The translations under genes were made by a program, and so were the position numbers. From Vicugna vicugna (lineage: Eukaryota): a stretch of DNA of 64,000 nt. The first letter of the stretch is position 1. Each line of letters opens with the position of its first letter. The stretch is from positions 1 to 64,000 of the forward strand of contig MU057733.1 in assembly GCA_013265495.1 (NCBI GenBank), written 5' to 3'. Shown here in pieces: positions 46,173 through 58,189 of the stretch. Below the pieces are notes generated by a model. That model was not told the DNA's origin, made no database searches, and saw only the letters and a program-made list of their open reading frames with translations.

Positions 46173-49100
46173 TTAGAAGAGACAGAAAGAAAATTAAATT
46201 TGATGTAAAAGCATATTATTTTGTAGAAATTTAAGTTCCTAACAAGCCAAACTTTGACCCAATGGCAGTATACAAGTGATGCAGCACAGCATAATTAATT
46301 CATAGAATTTTTAAAAGTAAAAATAAAAAATTTCCTATTCAGTTGGTGATATTTCCTAACCCATTTCTGAGAGAGAATCAAGGTAAATATCTTATTTTAG
46401 AGCAAAAGCTCTGTTTACAGTCTTCTAAATGAGCACCAGTCTATTTAACTTTAATCATGGAAATGGCAGATATTTATAATTACTATCCTAGTGCACCATT
46501 TACCTGGCATTGTTTTTTCTCAAATCCAATGGCCATAATAATCCAGAACCAAGGACCGTTTCAAAGACTCTTAGGAAACAGTAGCAAAGGCAAAATCATT
46601 GGACTAAGATATGCCTCTTTCACACACCAGAAACACCTTAGAACTCTTTTATTCACTGTTAACTATTTGCTGAACCATCAAATGGTTCCAACAAATCAGG
46701 TCCTATGATCTTTCCCAGATGACTAGTGACAAAGGTTGCCAAGTGAGAGGTGGAGTGGAGACTGGCTAGAGAAAATGCACAAGCAGCAACAGTAATGACA
46801 GCTGACATTTATAAAAAGGGTATAAAGAGCTCCCATGTGTGACTTACCCCCAAAGACACCACTGGATGGCAGCTCAAAAAAATCCAAGCAAAGCCCCTGT
46901 CAAACACCATGTAGACACACACTGTCTTGGCCCCTGGTACCTAGTTCCCAAATCAAAAGTTATAAATGGCGATCAGATGCTGAGTTTATCCTGAAAAACT
47001 TGCCAAGATATCAGAATATCATGCAGTAGTCAAACAGCACCTACAATAATGCTATCACAGGAAAAGCACCGGGAAAGGGGAAAGCCAAGGATATCCCTTT
47101 AAAGTCACACTTTGCTCAGCAGTGAGCCCCTTCTGTCCGATGGCATCTCACTCACAGGCAGAGATGAGCGGGAGGAGCAACAGGCATGTGACCCAGAGGA
47201 AGGACTGAGGGGCAAAATATGGACACAGACAAGAGTCCCTTGAAAATCAGAACAGAGGGCTGTTCCAAAAGCGGGAAGCAGAGTGGGGACATGAGCTGCT
47301 TCCCTTCTCCCTCTCCAACCTCCTTTGCACCCTGTGATGTTCTTTCTTCACAGGGCATCTCATGGCCAGTGAGGGATAAAACACGCCACAGAAATCCAGG
47401 AGAAAGACCTTTGATTTGAGTGAATTTTCCAATCAATACGCATGAGGATATTTCACTTACAATGACAGGTCTGTTACAATTAACAAGTCAGGGGATCTGT
47501 TCTCAATTTTAGAACTTTGCACTCCAAACTCTGCCACTTGGACCAGTTAATTTAAGTCATCTGCAAAGCTCGTTTATACAGAATAATTTGTTCCCGACAA
47601 CGTTGGATAACTGACGCATCTCTCAAATAAGCTCTTGTCCTGCTCTCTCCTAAGTTAACGTATTAACAGATCCTAAAATAGAAACCATGTCCAAGGGTGC
47701 CTGGGACATCAATGTGCTTAGAAATGAGAGGATGTGACAGAGTAAACAGAGGATGCTTTTTGCCAGGACCATTTCACTTCACTACAGTGAGTTATGTATA
47801 GCAGTTACCTATGCCCTAGTGTTGGTCTTAATCTAACCACATCTTCAAGTTTCATCTTGGTTTGTTAATAAAAGACTGCTGCACATGTTCAGAGAGTATA
47901 ATGCTTTTCCAAAGAAGGTATTATATGAGCACAACAAGACATAATCAAATCAGCAAGTTTTGTAAACAGAAATGCATTAGAAAAAACTTTAAAATTACCT
48001 TGTCCCCTATAGAAAAGCATGTTTCTTTTTTCTATTTTATGATATTTTCATGCAACACTTTTAATTTGTTCTTACTGTACATAGAAGCATATACCTTTTA
48101 AGCTACACTGTATAGAAACTCATGGTTTCTGCTTTTTCCATTTGACATTAACCTTGTCCATTTCTCTTTTTTGCATTTTTGAATTTTTTTAGGTAGAATT
48201 ATTACAATTTGACTGCACATATACAATATACTGCATGTAAAAACATACGTACAATATACTGCACATATTTTTAAAATTTACATATATGTATTATTGTTTC
48301 TAAGAACAGTTTAGAGCTTTAGCTTTTTTTTTTTCAGTAGAGAAAAATTCTTAATGCATTCTTGTAAGATTGGTCAAACACAAGTAAAAATAAATCCATT
48401 TATCCAAAGAATAGTCTTTAGAGAAATAATTTAAAATAAAATTGCATGCACTCTTATTTTTTTTATAATGGCAATCAAGGGGTTAAACTAAAAATGAGAG
48501 AAAATGCTTTTTTTTTTTGTCCAGAAACTCAAAATATACATGTGTGATTATACCCTCGGGATAAAGGACATTGTTCAGTTATTGAAGGGAAAAGTTTCAT
48601 TAGTGTATTAATGATTTGGGGACAATTGGATAATTATTTGGGAAGATAACATAAGTTTCCCATTTCCTTTATGTCCTGTATGTATAGAACATATAGAAAA
48701 GTCCACTGATCATCCAGGGATGGAACTGATCTATCCCAGCGTATATCCACAGATCACGAGCCACATAGGAAAAGGTTCATAGATGTGACAACAGAAAACT
48801 CAAAAAACTTTGTGTTACTCCTTTGAAAAATGACTACTCCCCAAAAAAACTTACTGGGAAAATGTTTTTAATATGTGCAATTAACAAATGATCAGTACCC
48901 ATAGTGTGTTGTGTCTGTAAAGGGCTCCTACTGATCAGTAAGAAAAGGCAAGCTTCATTAAGGATCAGGAGATACAACATAAAGGGTCACATGTATTCAG
49001 CATGCATAGGAATAATTTGCCGAATTGACAATCTCATAAAGATGAGGACCGTCCAGAGTGGGGGTGTGAGAAATGGGTTCTCATGTCTGGTTGGAAGGAT

Positions 49101-51884
49101 TCCAGAATGTCCAGATGTGATCTCTACACTGGCAATTCCACATCTAGGAGTTTATTCCTGGGATCGTCACATATGTACTCAAAGACGTAAGTAAAGGATG
49201 TTCATAATTTTCAGTGGGGAAAATTTGGGATTGAACTAAGTGGTCACCAATAATGAGTTAAATAAATGATGGCCAGTCAACTTGACAGGCTTCTGTACAG
49301 TTGGGAAAAGATATGTAGTTTTATATACAATGAGATAGAAATGTTTGGTCATATGTTAAGTATAGAAATACTGATTCTCTTTATAAAAATATAAAATACA
49401 TGTCTACATGCATTGGTAACAGGTCTTTGGAAGATGTACACCAAGTATCTCTTCGTATAGTGAGAGCTGCTTTGAATCAGTGATGCAGTTATGAGAGATT
49501 TTCATTTTCTTTAACTTCTATCCTTTCTTTTCTTTCCTTTTTAAAAAGAAATTACAGTGTGCATGTGTTAGTGGCAAATGTAATTAGACTGTTGTCTTAT
49601 CCTTACCAAACACCAGACTTGACTAGAGTGGGCTCATTAAATATTAATTAAAATTTCTTAGTGAAATGAAAACAACACAGACAGCTCACAAGATGGATGC
49701 ACTTTAAAGCACTTTTTTGAGATATAAAGTAACTCTCAAATTATGGCCACACTGGACACTTTGAGGCTGAGGGAGTAAACTTTCTGTGGGTCCCATTCTC
49801 CTTTTAAGTGATTAATTTCTTGTAATTGAAAAGCTGGCCAATGCAATCTAGCTGACACTTACAAACTCTCTGAAGATGATGACGGATGAGTTTATAACTG
49901 AAACTCGGGTGAATTACAACTTTTCTTCTCTCATGGCTTGATATCTGGAAGGTCTGAAGGATGAGCCCTAGGAAGTGTGGAAAGGAAGATGATTCAACCA
50001 TCAAGAGAGCCAAATTTGCATGCTCCATATGATTTCTCTGATGCCTAAACATCATACTTTATACTAATAAAAATTCGGTTTAAACTACAGGTCATTGTGA
50101 ATAGTGAGTGAGATATTTTTGCACAGGCATTATCTTTGTATTCGAGGTTTTAAAATTTAAAAACCTCATTCTAGTTTTAGTAAAGCCATTTAAAAATGAA
50201 CCCAAGTTGAAAGAAATCAGCTATATTGTGAAACACATCATATCCCCGAATACAGCAGCTGCAGTCAGAAGCGTTTGCTCCGATGTTACCTCGAAACATC
50301 GGATAGTTTTTAGAATAGTACTTAGAGCAGGACACCAAAACGGAAGTTACACTGTGATTTAGTTCCCTGCATGGAATCGGGGTAGTTTCTATGAAGAATG
50401 CAAAACTTAAAAAAAGAAAATACATGAATGAGCCGGTGTGTTTGTTGTCCAGCCAAATCTTGCAATGTATTACATATGAATGCTCTTTTAATAATAGTAT
50501 GTAGGTAAAATATGAAAATGTTGTGTATCAATATAAGATAATGAATTTGAAGAATGCGGGTCATAGGTTCAGATGGTATGTGAATTAACAGTTACAAGCC
50601 AGCAGGGGTTGCGGCTTCAGGGAAGGGAAAAATGGGGTGACCTGGAGTATAGACTGAGGGTGAGGACACTGAGGTGGGTCTGGGACAATACTTGGGATTT
50701 AATTCAAAGGCAGACCCTGGAGGTCTTGGAATAGATTCCAGAAACCCCAGGGAAATTATCAGCAACTCACCCATCTACTTAGGAAGCATTTTCTGTTATC
50801 TCTGATGATTTAGGGAAAAGGGTTTAATATAACATCCTTCATCATCTAAGTGTTTAAACATTTTTCCTTACAAATAAATGAATGAATAAAAGCTGAACCA
50901 TCAGCCAGGCAGGGAACTAGCATTTAAAGACACACATTTCTTCTATCTTCCTTCATGATCTTTGCTATGGTATTTACAGTTATTCTTTAAATGCTAGCAC
51001 GGCAGAACTAAACCTGTTTAGAATTTGCGACCAGCTGCTGTCTTCTTTGTTCCTTACAGAAGCCCTGGTGTAGGTCTGTTACCTTCCTTCTGTGAGTGAG
51101 GAGATCCAGGAACAGAGAGGTTGACTTTCCTGGTCTTACATGTCCTAGAAGACCTGAGGTTGGGTCCATCCCTGACTCACTCACACCCTGTGGCCTTCTT
51201 ACTGGGTGAGCTTTAGCCTTTTAAACCTACCTAGTTATCAAAGGAATAATGCCAACCACAAAATAAGAATCAACAAAATGTGGTAATCCAATCATAAAAG
51301 TCAAATGTGCTTACACATACTAAAGAATATTGTCCATTTCTTAAAATGTCTTTGCAATATATGAATTCTAAAAGCTGCCTAATATCACACTGTATGGATG
51401 TACAGTAATTTAACAATTCTCTTACCAAGCATCATTTAGGCTGCTACTGTATTTTCCCTTCTCACACATCTTTAAATGCATGTCTGATTATTTCATTGGG
51501 GTTATGAGAAGTGGAATCACACTGAATTAAAGGAAATGAACATTTTTAAGGTTTCATATATCCTTAAATTGTATCTAAGAATCATTATGATAAGTCACAA
51601 GTCCTTAACAGTGTAAGAAAGTGCCTATCAAAGGTTGAGATCTATGACTTCCTTTTCATAGAAAAGAACTAGGTCTTAAAGTTTTCTTAGTGAGATTATA
51701 GTCGTCATACTGAGTTCCTTATTTTAAAAGTTTAAAATATTTTCTAAGGTTATTTCGATGTCAAACATCAATTTGCATTCATGTTAATAATCTGGAAGGA
51801 AACAAATGCAAGGTGCAGGGACTATCAAAGCCCTTGCGTATTTATGATTCAGGGGACAGGTACAAAGTACCATAATATACTCAC

Positions 51885-52012
51885 AGCAAGGATCGTCTTC
51901 CAGAGGTAAATGGCCAGGATAGCAATCCCCAGGCAGGCAGCAAGGAGAGACTTCAAAGGAAACCATAAAAGTCAGGGCCAGGATGAAGGTGGTCAGGCAC
52001 CACACCAAGGAG
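51885..52012 (-). pseudogene. MIA3: MIA3-like transmembrane exon, disabled
   Basis: LLGVVPDHLHPGPDFYGFL/KSLLAACLGIAILAIYLWKTILA vs [44 protein letters not shown]; 128 bp (frameshift giving TGA); acceptor tttcac; donor gtgagt. Confidence 0.88.
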
Positions 52013-53914
52013 GTGAAATCAAAATCATGTTAACATAATTTGAATTAACTAATAAAATGTCTCAAAGACATTTATTTAAAACATAGCTGTCACAAAGATT
52101 CATCTTCCACAATCACAAGCCAGTGTCCAACAGGTAACCACAACCGCACATATCCCCAGTGGGTCCCACTGCTTCCAAAAAGGTTGCAACTTGGCACCCT
52201 CGTGGTTGGTTAGTGGCTTGTAGGATGGTTAGACATTGTGACTGTGGGTGTCTTTAAGTAAAGCGCCATTTCCAGTTCACCTGGGACACAACCAGTTCTT
52301 GTGTGTAATGCTGTGCTGAAATTTCTGAATCACACCTTTAGTTGGATAGTTGATTTTTATCACTTAAAGATCAGCATAGGACAAAAATACTTATGTCAAC
52401 AGAAATATGACGTTAATCTGAAATAAACAACTTCTGAGGCTTGTTTAAACCAAAGGCATTAAAATGTATGTGATGCTAATAGGTGTAATTTCTCCGATTT
52501 CCTAGATTATGTGCAAACTGCTCCTGAGCACTGTTCTACAGGGATGGCTCTAGATTTCACTGTATTTTCTTGAAAATTAGATGCCATAATTCCAAATGCA
52601 TCCTTGAAGACAGTACATTAAACAAACAGAGGTATTCATTTAGAGGAATACAGCTCAGCAATGGGAATGAATTAATTACTGATTCGTGTAACAACATGAA
52701 TAAATCTCAGACCATTGTGCTGAACAGAACAAGAAAGAAGAAGGAGCAATACAGTATGTGTTTATTTACATGAAATTCTAGAACAAGGAAAATTAACCTG
52801 TGATGAGGGCAGAGATTAAGTAGACGGAGGGTAAGAGCACAATCTGGGATGACAGTGATGTTATTTACCTAATGAAGTTTGGATTGTACTGGTGTATGTA
52901 TTTGTCAAAACTCAGTGAATGTACACTTGAAATTTGTATATTTCACTCTTAAGTTTTATATTAAATTAAACTATGTAAAAATATAAAACTCTAGTTCTCA
53001 TAGGAATGGTGAAGTATTTAGGAGGAATTATACTGATGGCTGCAATCTAATGTGAAATACATCAAAAATACGATGGACTGACAAATTTGTGAGAAATCAA
53101 GTTTTGTAAAATGTTAATAAATCAATGATGCTGTGTGTGTCAGTAGTCCCATAATGAAATATATGTGGTTATTAGCAAGACCAAATGCCACATATTTTTG
53201 TTCTTTTGAAGGAAAGTTCCCCAAATTAGTAGATGTTTAAAAAAGTTTCGCAAAGCCCAAGTGGACTTTTTCCCTTGACCAGTTCATCATGGATGTGCAA
53301 ACTGCATGTACACACTGGGACAGTCCTGCAGAGGAGCCTCTCTGGGTTTACGCTTTAAGGCCCATAAACAAAAGGAAACAGTCAGCTCCATTTTAAGGTA
53401 AGGAATAAACCACCGTGGCATATCCCATACCAAGGAATTCTATAAAACACACACCAGAGTTTGAGGGGAAGGAGTGTACGCGTAACAGGAGGTAAAGGAC
53501 AGAAAGGAGGAAGGAGCATGAAAACCCTTCGGGATGTAGTGATAGTGGTGACAGTAACATGGCTGCACACATACATTAAAATTCAACAAATTACTTTCTT
53601 GAAATAAGTGCTGCATCTTATACATCATTTATTCCTCAATCTAGGTTAGGGGTAAAAAATCACTTACAAAAACTGGTTTTTAAAAAAATTTTCCTGACAA
53701 AAATTCAAAAAATTTTAAACATAGTTAATCATTTTAACTGATGAATTTCTAAGACAATTTGTAACTGAGAAAAATAAGTTACTAACTTAAACTGGAATGA
53801 AAACCACGATTTTGTGAATTCATGGATCGCTTAAGTATAATCCTTTGAAAAATACCTAAAAATACACCCATCCTGTATGAATGAATGGGAAAAAAATTAA
53901 AAGTCTGTATCAAA

Positions 53915-54092
53915 GGGTGGGGGAGGGTATAGCTGAAGTGGTAGAGCACGTGCTTAGCATACAAAAGGTCCTGGGTTCAATCCCCAGGATCTCCTCTAAA
54001 AATAAATAAGTAAACCTAACTACCTCCCCCCACCAATCTAAATAAATAAATAAAAATATATAAAAGAAATTTTAAAAATAAAAAAAATTTTA
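53915..54092 (+). mobile_element. tRNA-derived camelid-type SINE
   Basis: ggagggtatagctgaagtggtagagcacgtgcttagcat...ctgggttcaatcccc plus A-rich tail; TSD-like aaagtctgtatcaa / aaagtctatattaa. Confidence 0.88.
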
Positions 54093-54398
54093 GAAAGTCT
54101 ATATTAAAGGTATAAATAAGAGAAGTATATCAGATATGGGGCATAACTAAGGTAGACACCTGCTATTACAATTACATTGGGATTAACAAGCCAATAATAA
54201 TCAAACAGAATATTCTTACGACCAAATGACTAAAACCATTTTTTTTTCTTTCAACATTGATTTCCATTCTGAACCAGGTCACATGGTGTCAGATTTCTGA
54301 AATGCCTAAGCGACTTGCATAACAGAGGAATCCTGCATATTGTATAATTAAAACTATGAGAATCAAAGCAAGTTAAAAACACAGATTCAAACACTCAC

Positions 54399-54709
54399 CA
54401 GCAAGAATTCATCTTTAGGTGTTAGCAACATAATGGAGTGCAAATCTATCTTTGTCTCTTTCCTTATTCTACAACCAGAAAAAGCATCATCAATGCAACT
54501 AAGTTGCCTTTGCCCAGCACACCAGGATACCGGAGAAGCTCGCACTTCCGCCCTTTTTACTTCACCTTCTGGTTCCACTGACCAGACATGGAGTTGTCCC
54601 GGAATGTCCTGGTATTTACGTAGCATTTAGTGTATTCACGCTCCCACTCAAGGCAGTTTCCTGTTCTCTCAATTTGCGTCAGGATTTCTCCCCAGAGACA
54701 TTCTTGAAT
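54399..54709 (-). other. Candidate exon downstream of the CpG-island promoter (unidentified)
   Basis: tttgtttacag acceptor and CTG|gtgagt donor; contains ORF MLRKYQ...TPKDEFLL ending in phase 0; no homology recognised. Confidence 0.35.
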
Positions 54710-54859
54710 CTGTAAACAAGGAGACAAACCACTGCATCTACGATTTAGAGTCGTCAAGGCTTCAGCCTACGGATACTTTCATCAGTAAGCCCTCTTCAAA
54801 CTGCTTTTGTAAAAGTAAAGACTAAAGCAGCAGGAACAGCCCAGAAAACCCGAGGGTCT

Positions 54860-55210
54860 GTGCGGCTCACCACCCCGTCCCGGAGAAGCCCCACAAACCT
54901 CCCCCCACTCAGCACTCAGCCCCAGGAGGCAGATTCAGGCTCACCAGTTGGTCCAACGCCTCCGAGTCGCCCCGCCAGGCTCGGCACTTTCCCTCCATGC
55001 GCAGCAGCGGCCGGCAGAGGGCGCCCGCGTCGGGTGGCTCCGACCGACGGCGCCTCCCGGCTGGAGGAGCTGAGTTCCCGTCGCGCAGCCTTGGGCGCCG
55101 TTTCCGCGGGGAGAGCCACGGCTGCGTTTGCCCTCCTGGCAGTCCGGGGAATCACTGAACTTCTCCATGCGATGGTCACTCCTGGTGGGCAGCGGGTGCT
55201 CCGCTCCAGC
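54860..55210 (-). promoter_or_regulatory. Small CpG island / probable promoter with candidate first exon (ATG 54998, donor at 54944)
   Basis: CpG-dense patch in AT-rich surroundings; MEGKCRAWRGDSEALDQL|gtgagc (18 codons, phase 0), on the same strand as and upstream of the MIA3-like exons. Confidence 0.6.
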
Positions 55211-57769
55211 CCAGCCTTTCCCCCTGACTGAGATGTATCCTACCCACAGGGACTGGAAAACGAAGAAACCTTTGCGTTTTGAATGTTGAAAGGTACCTAG
55301 AATTTATTAATGTCTTTGCATAATATGTACTGCTTTAAGCACTGGTCTCAAACCCAGGCTACTACTTTACATATGCTAGATGACACATGATTGTGTTTAT
55401 CCACGAAGATAGTTTTCACACATTTTTTACGCTATTTTCCAGATTTCTCATCTCCATTTTTTAAAAAATTTCTGGTCGTTTGAAAATATATGAAATTCAG
55501 TTTATACCGGTTTCTCTAGCATCACCATCCTGATCGTGAGCTTATTTCAAAAGTTGCCATTTGGCCACATACACAACAGGGTCAGGATGCAAACACCAAA
55601 GGGGCTACATACCTGATGTTAATTCACTGCATGCATCCTTGGCCAAGATTGTCAATGGAAAGTGCTTTAGAGATGGCAGGCAGAGAAACAAACTTCCATC
55701 AGTCCTACAAGTGTCCAATGTTATGACCTTCAAATAATGACTTTTGTCACTTCACAACCAGAGGAAGATATGGTGAAGCAAGACCTTTGTTTCATCGGAA
55801 GAGAAGGCTGTGGTGTTTTAAACTGTGCACCTACCACCTGGCACCCCCAGATTGGCAGTGCGCATGAGGGTAGCAACCCAGTATGGTGCACGTGCTAGTG
55901 CCAGAGTGGGAATACGGGCCTTACTCTAAAGTAATTTTGGTTGTGGGTCTCCACCTGTCTGTAGGCTTCCTCAAGGAACAGTGGAAAGTCTTCCTTTGTT
56001 TTGCCCAGTTAAAGCTATTCTCAGGCCTGAGTTGACTTCACACACATCTTTTTCCCAAAGGCACATGTGCGGGTCTAAGAGGCTGGGGCAATTTAAGGCT
56101 AATGAGTTGAGGTGCAGGTTTCATAGAGTTAACAGAGCACTTGATGTTGCCTGCAGCCTGGCCCTGTGGGGATTTGTGCACACTTACCTAGGGGAGGGAC
56201 TCTCAAGGAACATGGGACGCACAATTGTGTAGGAATGACTGGTAAAAATGTTTACTGAGAACAGCGTGATGAATACAAGTCCCTGTATTCACTCATTCAT
56301 ACAGTCACTCATTGACCAAAGACCCAGGATCCCTGAAGCCTGCTCAGCCTGGATGGGACTCAGTCCCTCCAGGCTGGGGGATCGTGAGGCCAGCACGGCA
56401 CCTGAAGCCCAGCTGTGGGACCAGGAAGGCCCACGGTGCGGTTGGAAACTCAGCCCCACTGGGTCTGTGAGGAGTCAGGGTCAGCTCCCCACTGGGCAGG
56501 CTCCAGAGCTTCCTCTCCAAGGGCAGCCCACGCTCCTGGAAGTCAGCCTGACAGGGACAGACAGAGGCTGGAACCAGCAGTCCCAAGAAAAGTGGGAGGT
56601 ACCAGTGTTTGCAAGTATGGTGACCCCTGGGGAGCTCAGCTCCAGGGAGGCCAGAGCCTCAGAATGGGAGGGACTGTGAGGCCAGGGTTCCTGCCTTTTC
56701 TGCTCCCTCCACTCTGGGCCCTTCCCAGAGTCGGGCCACCCTGGCCCTTCGTCCCCCACCATGCACCCTGGGCTCACTCCCTCTTTCCTTCCTGCCTCCT
56801 CTTGTCTCTGCTTCTCCCTGCCTGGACCCCTCTGTCACCTCCTGTCATGCTCCAGGACTTGTTCCCCACCTCTCTCTCAATCGCTCACACACTGTCTCTC
56901 TTCCTGCCGGCCTTTTTCCCCATCTCTCCCCCGAGGCCCTCCGGCGCTGGGCTCCGGTCCAGCCCTGTCCAGCCCTGTCCAGGGCCACAGGGACCCACCT
57001 CTCCCAGCCCTCCCACCCTCATGGCCAAGTTTCAGCCCAGGCCCTGCTCACAGTGGATGGAGTCTGGTTACAGAGGCTCTTCATTGGGCATCAAGAGTGT
57101 CCTTTTCCCTGGGCTCTTTCACATTGTGGTTAAATAGCTGCTTTCTCACGGGGTCCTTGATGGGAACGCATCGTTGGTGCAGACCGAGGCCCTCAGGGCA
57201 GGTTTCTTGACCAGCCTGGAGCGGCCCTGGCCACCGAAGTCCTCATCAAGATCTGGGTCCTTTCGGAACTTCTTAGACCAAACACAGCAGGTTGACAGGA
57301 TGAAGCCTGAAATAGTTACTTTATTGCATCAAAGAAGAAAGTGTGAATGCTCTAAGAGCCGTTAAGTTATATACTTAAAATGGTGGGAAATGTGACTTAT
57401 ATCTCAATAAAGCTGTTTTTTAAAAAGTGGGAAAGAAACTCTTATTTACTGAAAGTCATAGAGTTAGACTGGCTCCTGGAAAGCGTGTCAAGATCCTGCT
57501 CCAAGCTGTGCACATTCGGGTCCAGTACCTGTGCAGGGTGCTCTCCTGTGAGTGCGCCCTTCCTGGTGGTGACATTGGCAGCCCTGGGAGCAGTGGGGTC
57601 TCAGCATTGGGTTGGTGCTGGTCTGTTAAACAGTGAAATGTCATCTGTGCTCTGTGCTTTCTGGTTTGTTGACTTCTAGCAACTTCTTTTTTTTTTTCTT
57701 CTTTCTTTGAAGTGTACTCTTTTATTCAGAAATTTTAATGTAACAAAAATATTCAATAGCACGATGTTT

Positions 57770-58185
57770 TTTAAAACATTTGTATTGAAGTATAGTCAGT
57801 TTACAACTTTTTGTCAATTTCTGGCGTACAGCACATTTCAGTCATATAGGAACAGACATATATTCCTTTTCATATTCTTTTTCACCGTAAGTTACTATAA
57901 GATATTGAATATGGTTCCCTGGACTATACAGTATAAACTTGTTGTTCACTTTATATATGTTCGTATCTGCAAATCTCAAACTCCCAGTTTTTCCCTTCCC
58001 ACCTCTTTTCCCTCCAGTAACCTGTAAGTTTGTTTTCTATGCCTGTGACTCTTTTTCTGTTTTGTAAGTTCGTCTTTTTTTCTTGATTCCACATATAAGT
58101 GATATTATATGGTATTTTTCTTTCACTTACATCACTTAGAATGATATTCTCCAGGTCCATCCATGTTGCTGCAAATGGCAATCCT
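57770..58185 (-). mobile_element. L1 3' end (similar to the 39-43 kb L1 3' end), 5'-truncated
   Basis: [15 protein letters not shown], plus a 3' UTR matching the 42.3-43.2 kb L1 in reverse. Confidence 0.88.
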
Positions 58186-58189
58186 TTTA

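Larger units (their letters stand above)
28875..54998 (-). pseudogene. MIA3: Diverged intron-containing paralogue of the MIA3/TANGO1 TM, coiled-coil and proline-rich region (pseudogene or remodelled gene)
   Basis: 17 exon remnants in MIA3 order with matching phases and similar lengths (listed below). The left boundary is the last recognisable exon; the right boundary is a candidate CpG-island first exon. Confidence 0.88.

Noticed and set aside
46848..47860. Possible extra minus-strand exons (near 46848-46990, 47461-47470 and 47810-47856)
   Set aside because: Splice-like motifs only; stops or no recognisable homology.
49800..50570. Short minus-strand ORFs in AT-rich sequence
   Set aside because: Fragmented, with no recognisable homology; possibly an old repeat, but I cannot support a call.
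28875..52012. The canonical MIA3 gene or a CTAGE/MIA2 retrocopy
   Set aside because: Too diverged and exon-depleted for MIA3 itself; it has introns, and the peptides match MIA3 (PGPDFYG, IKTLEK..EILDD) better than cTAGE5.
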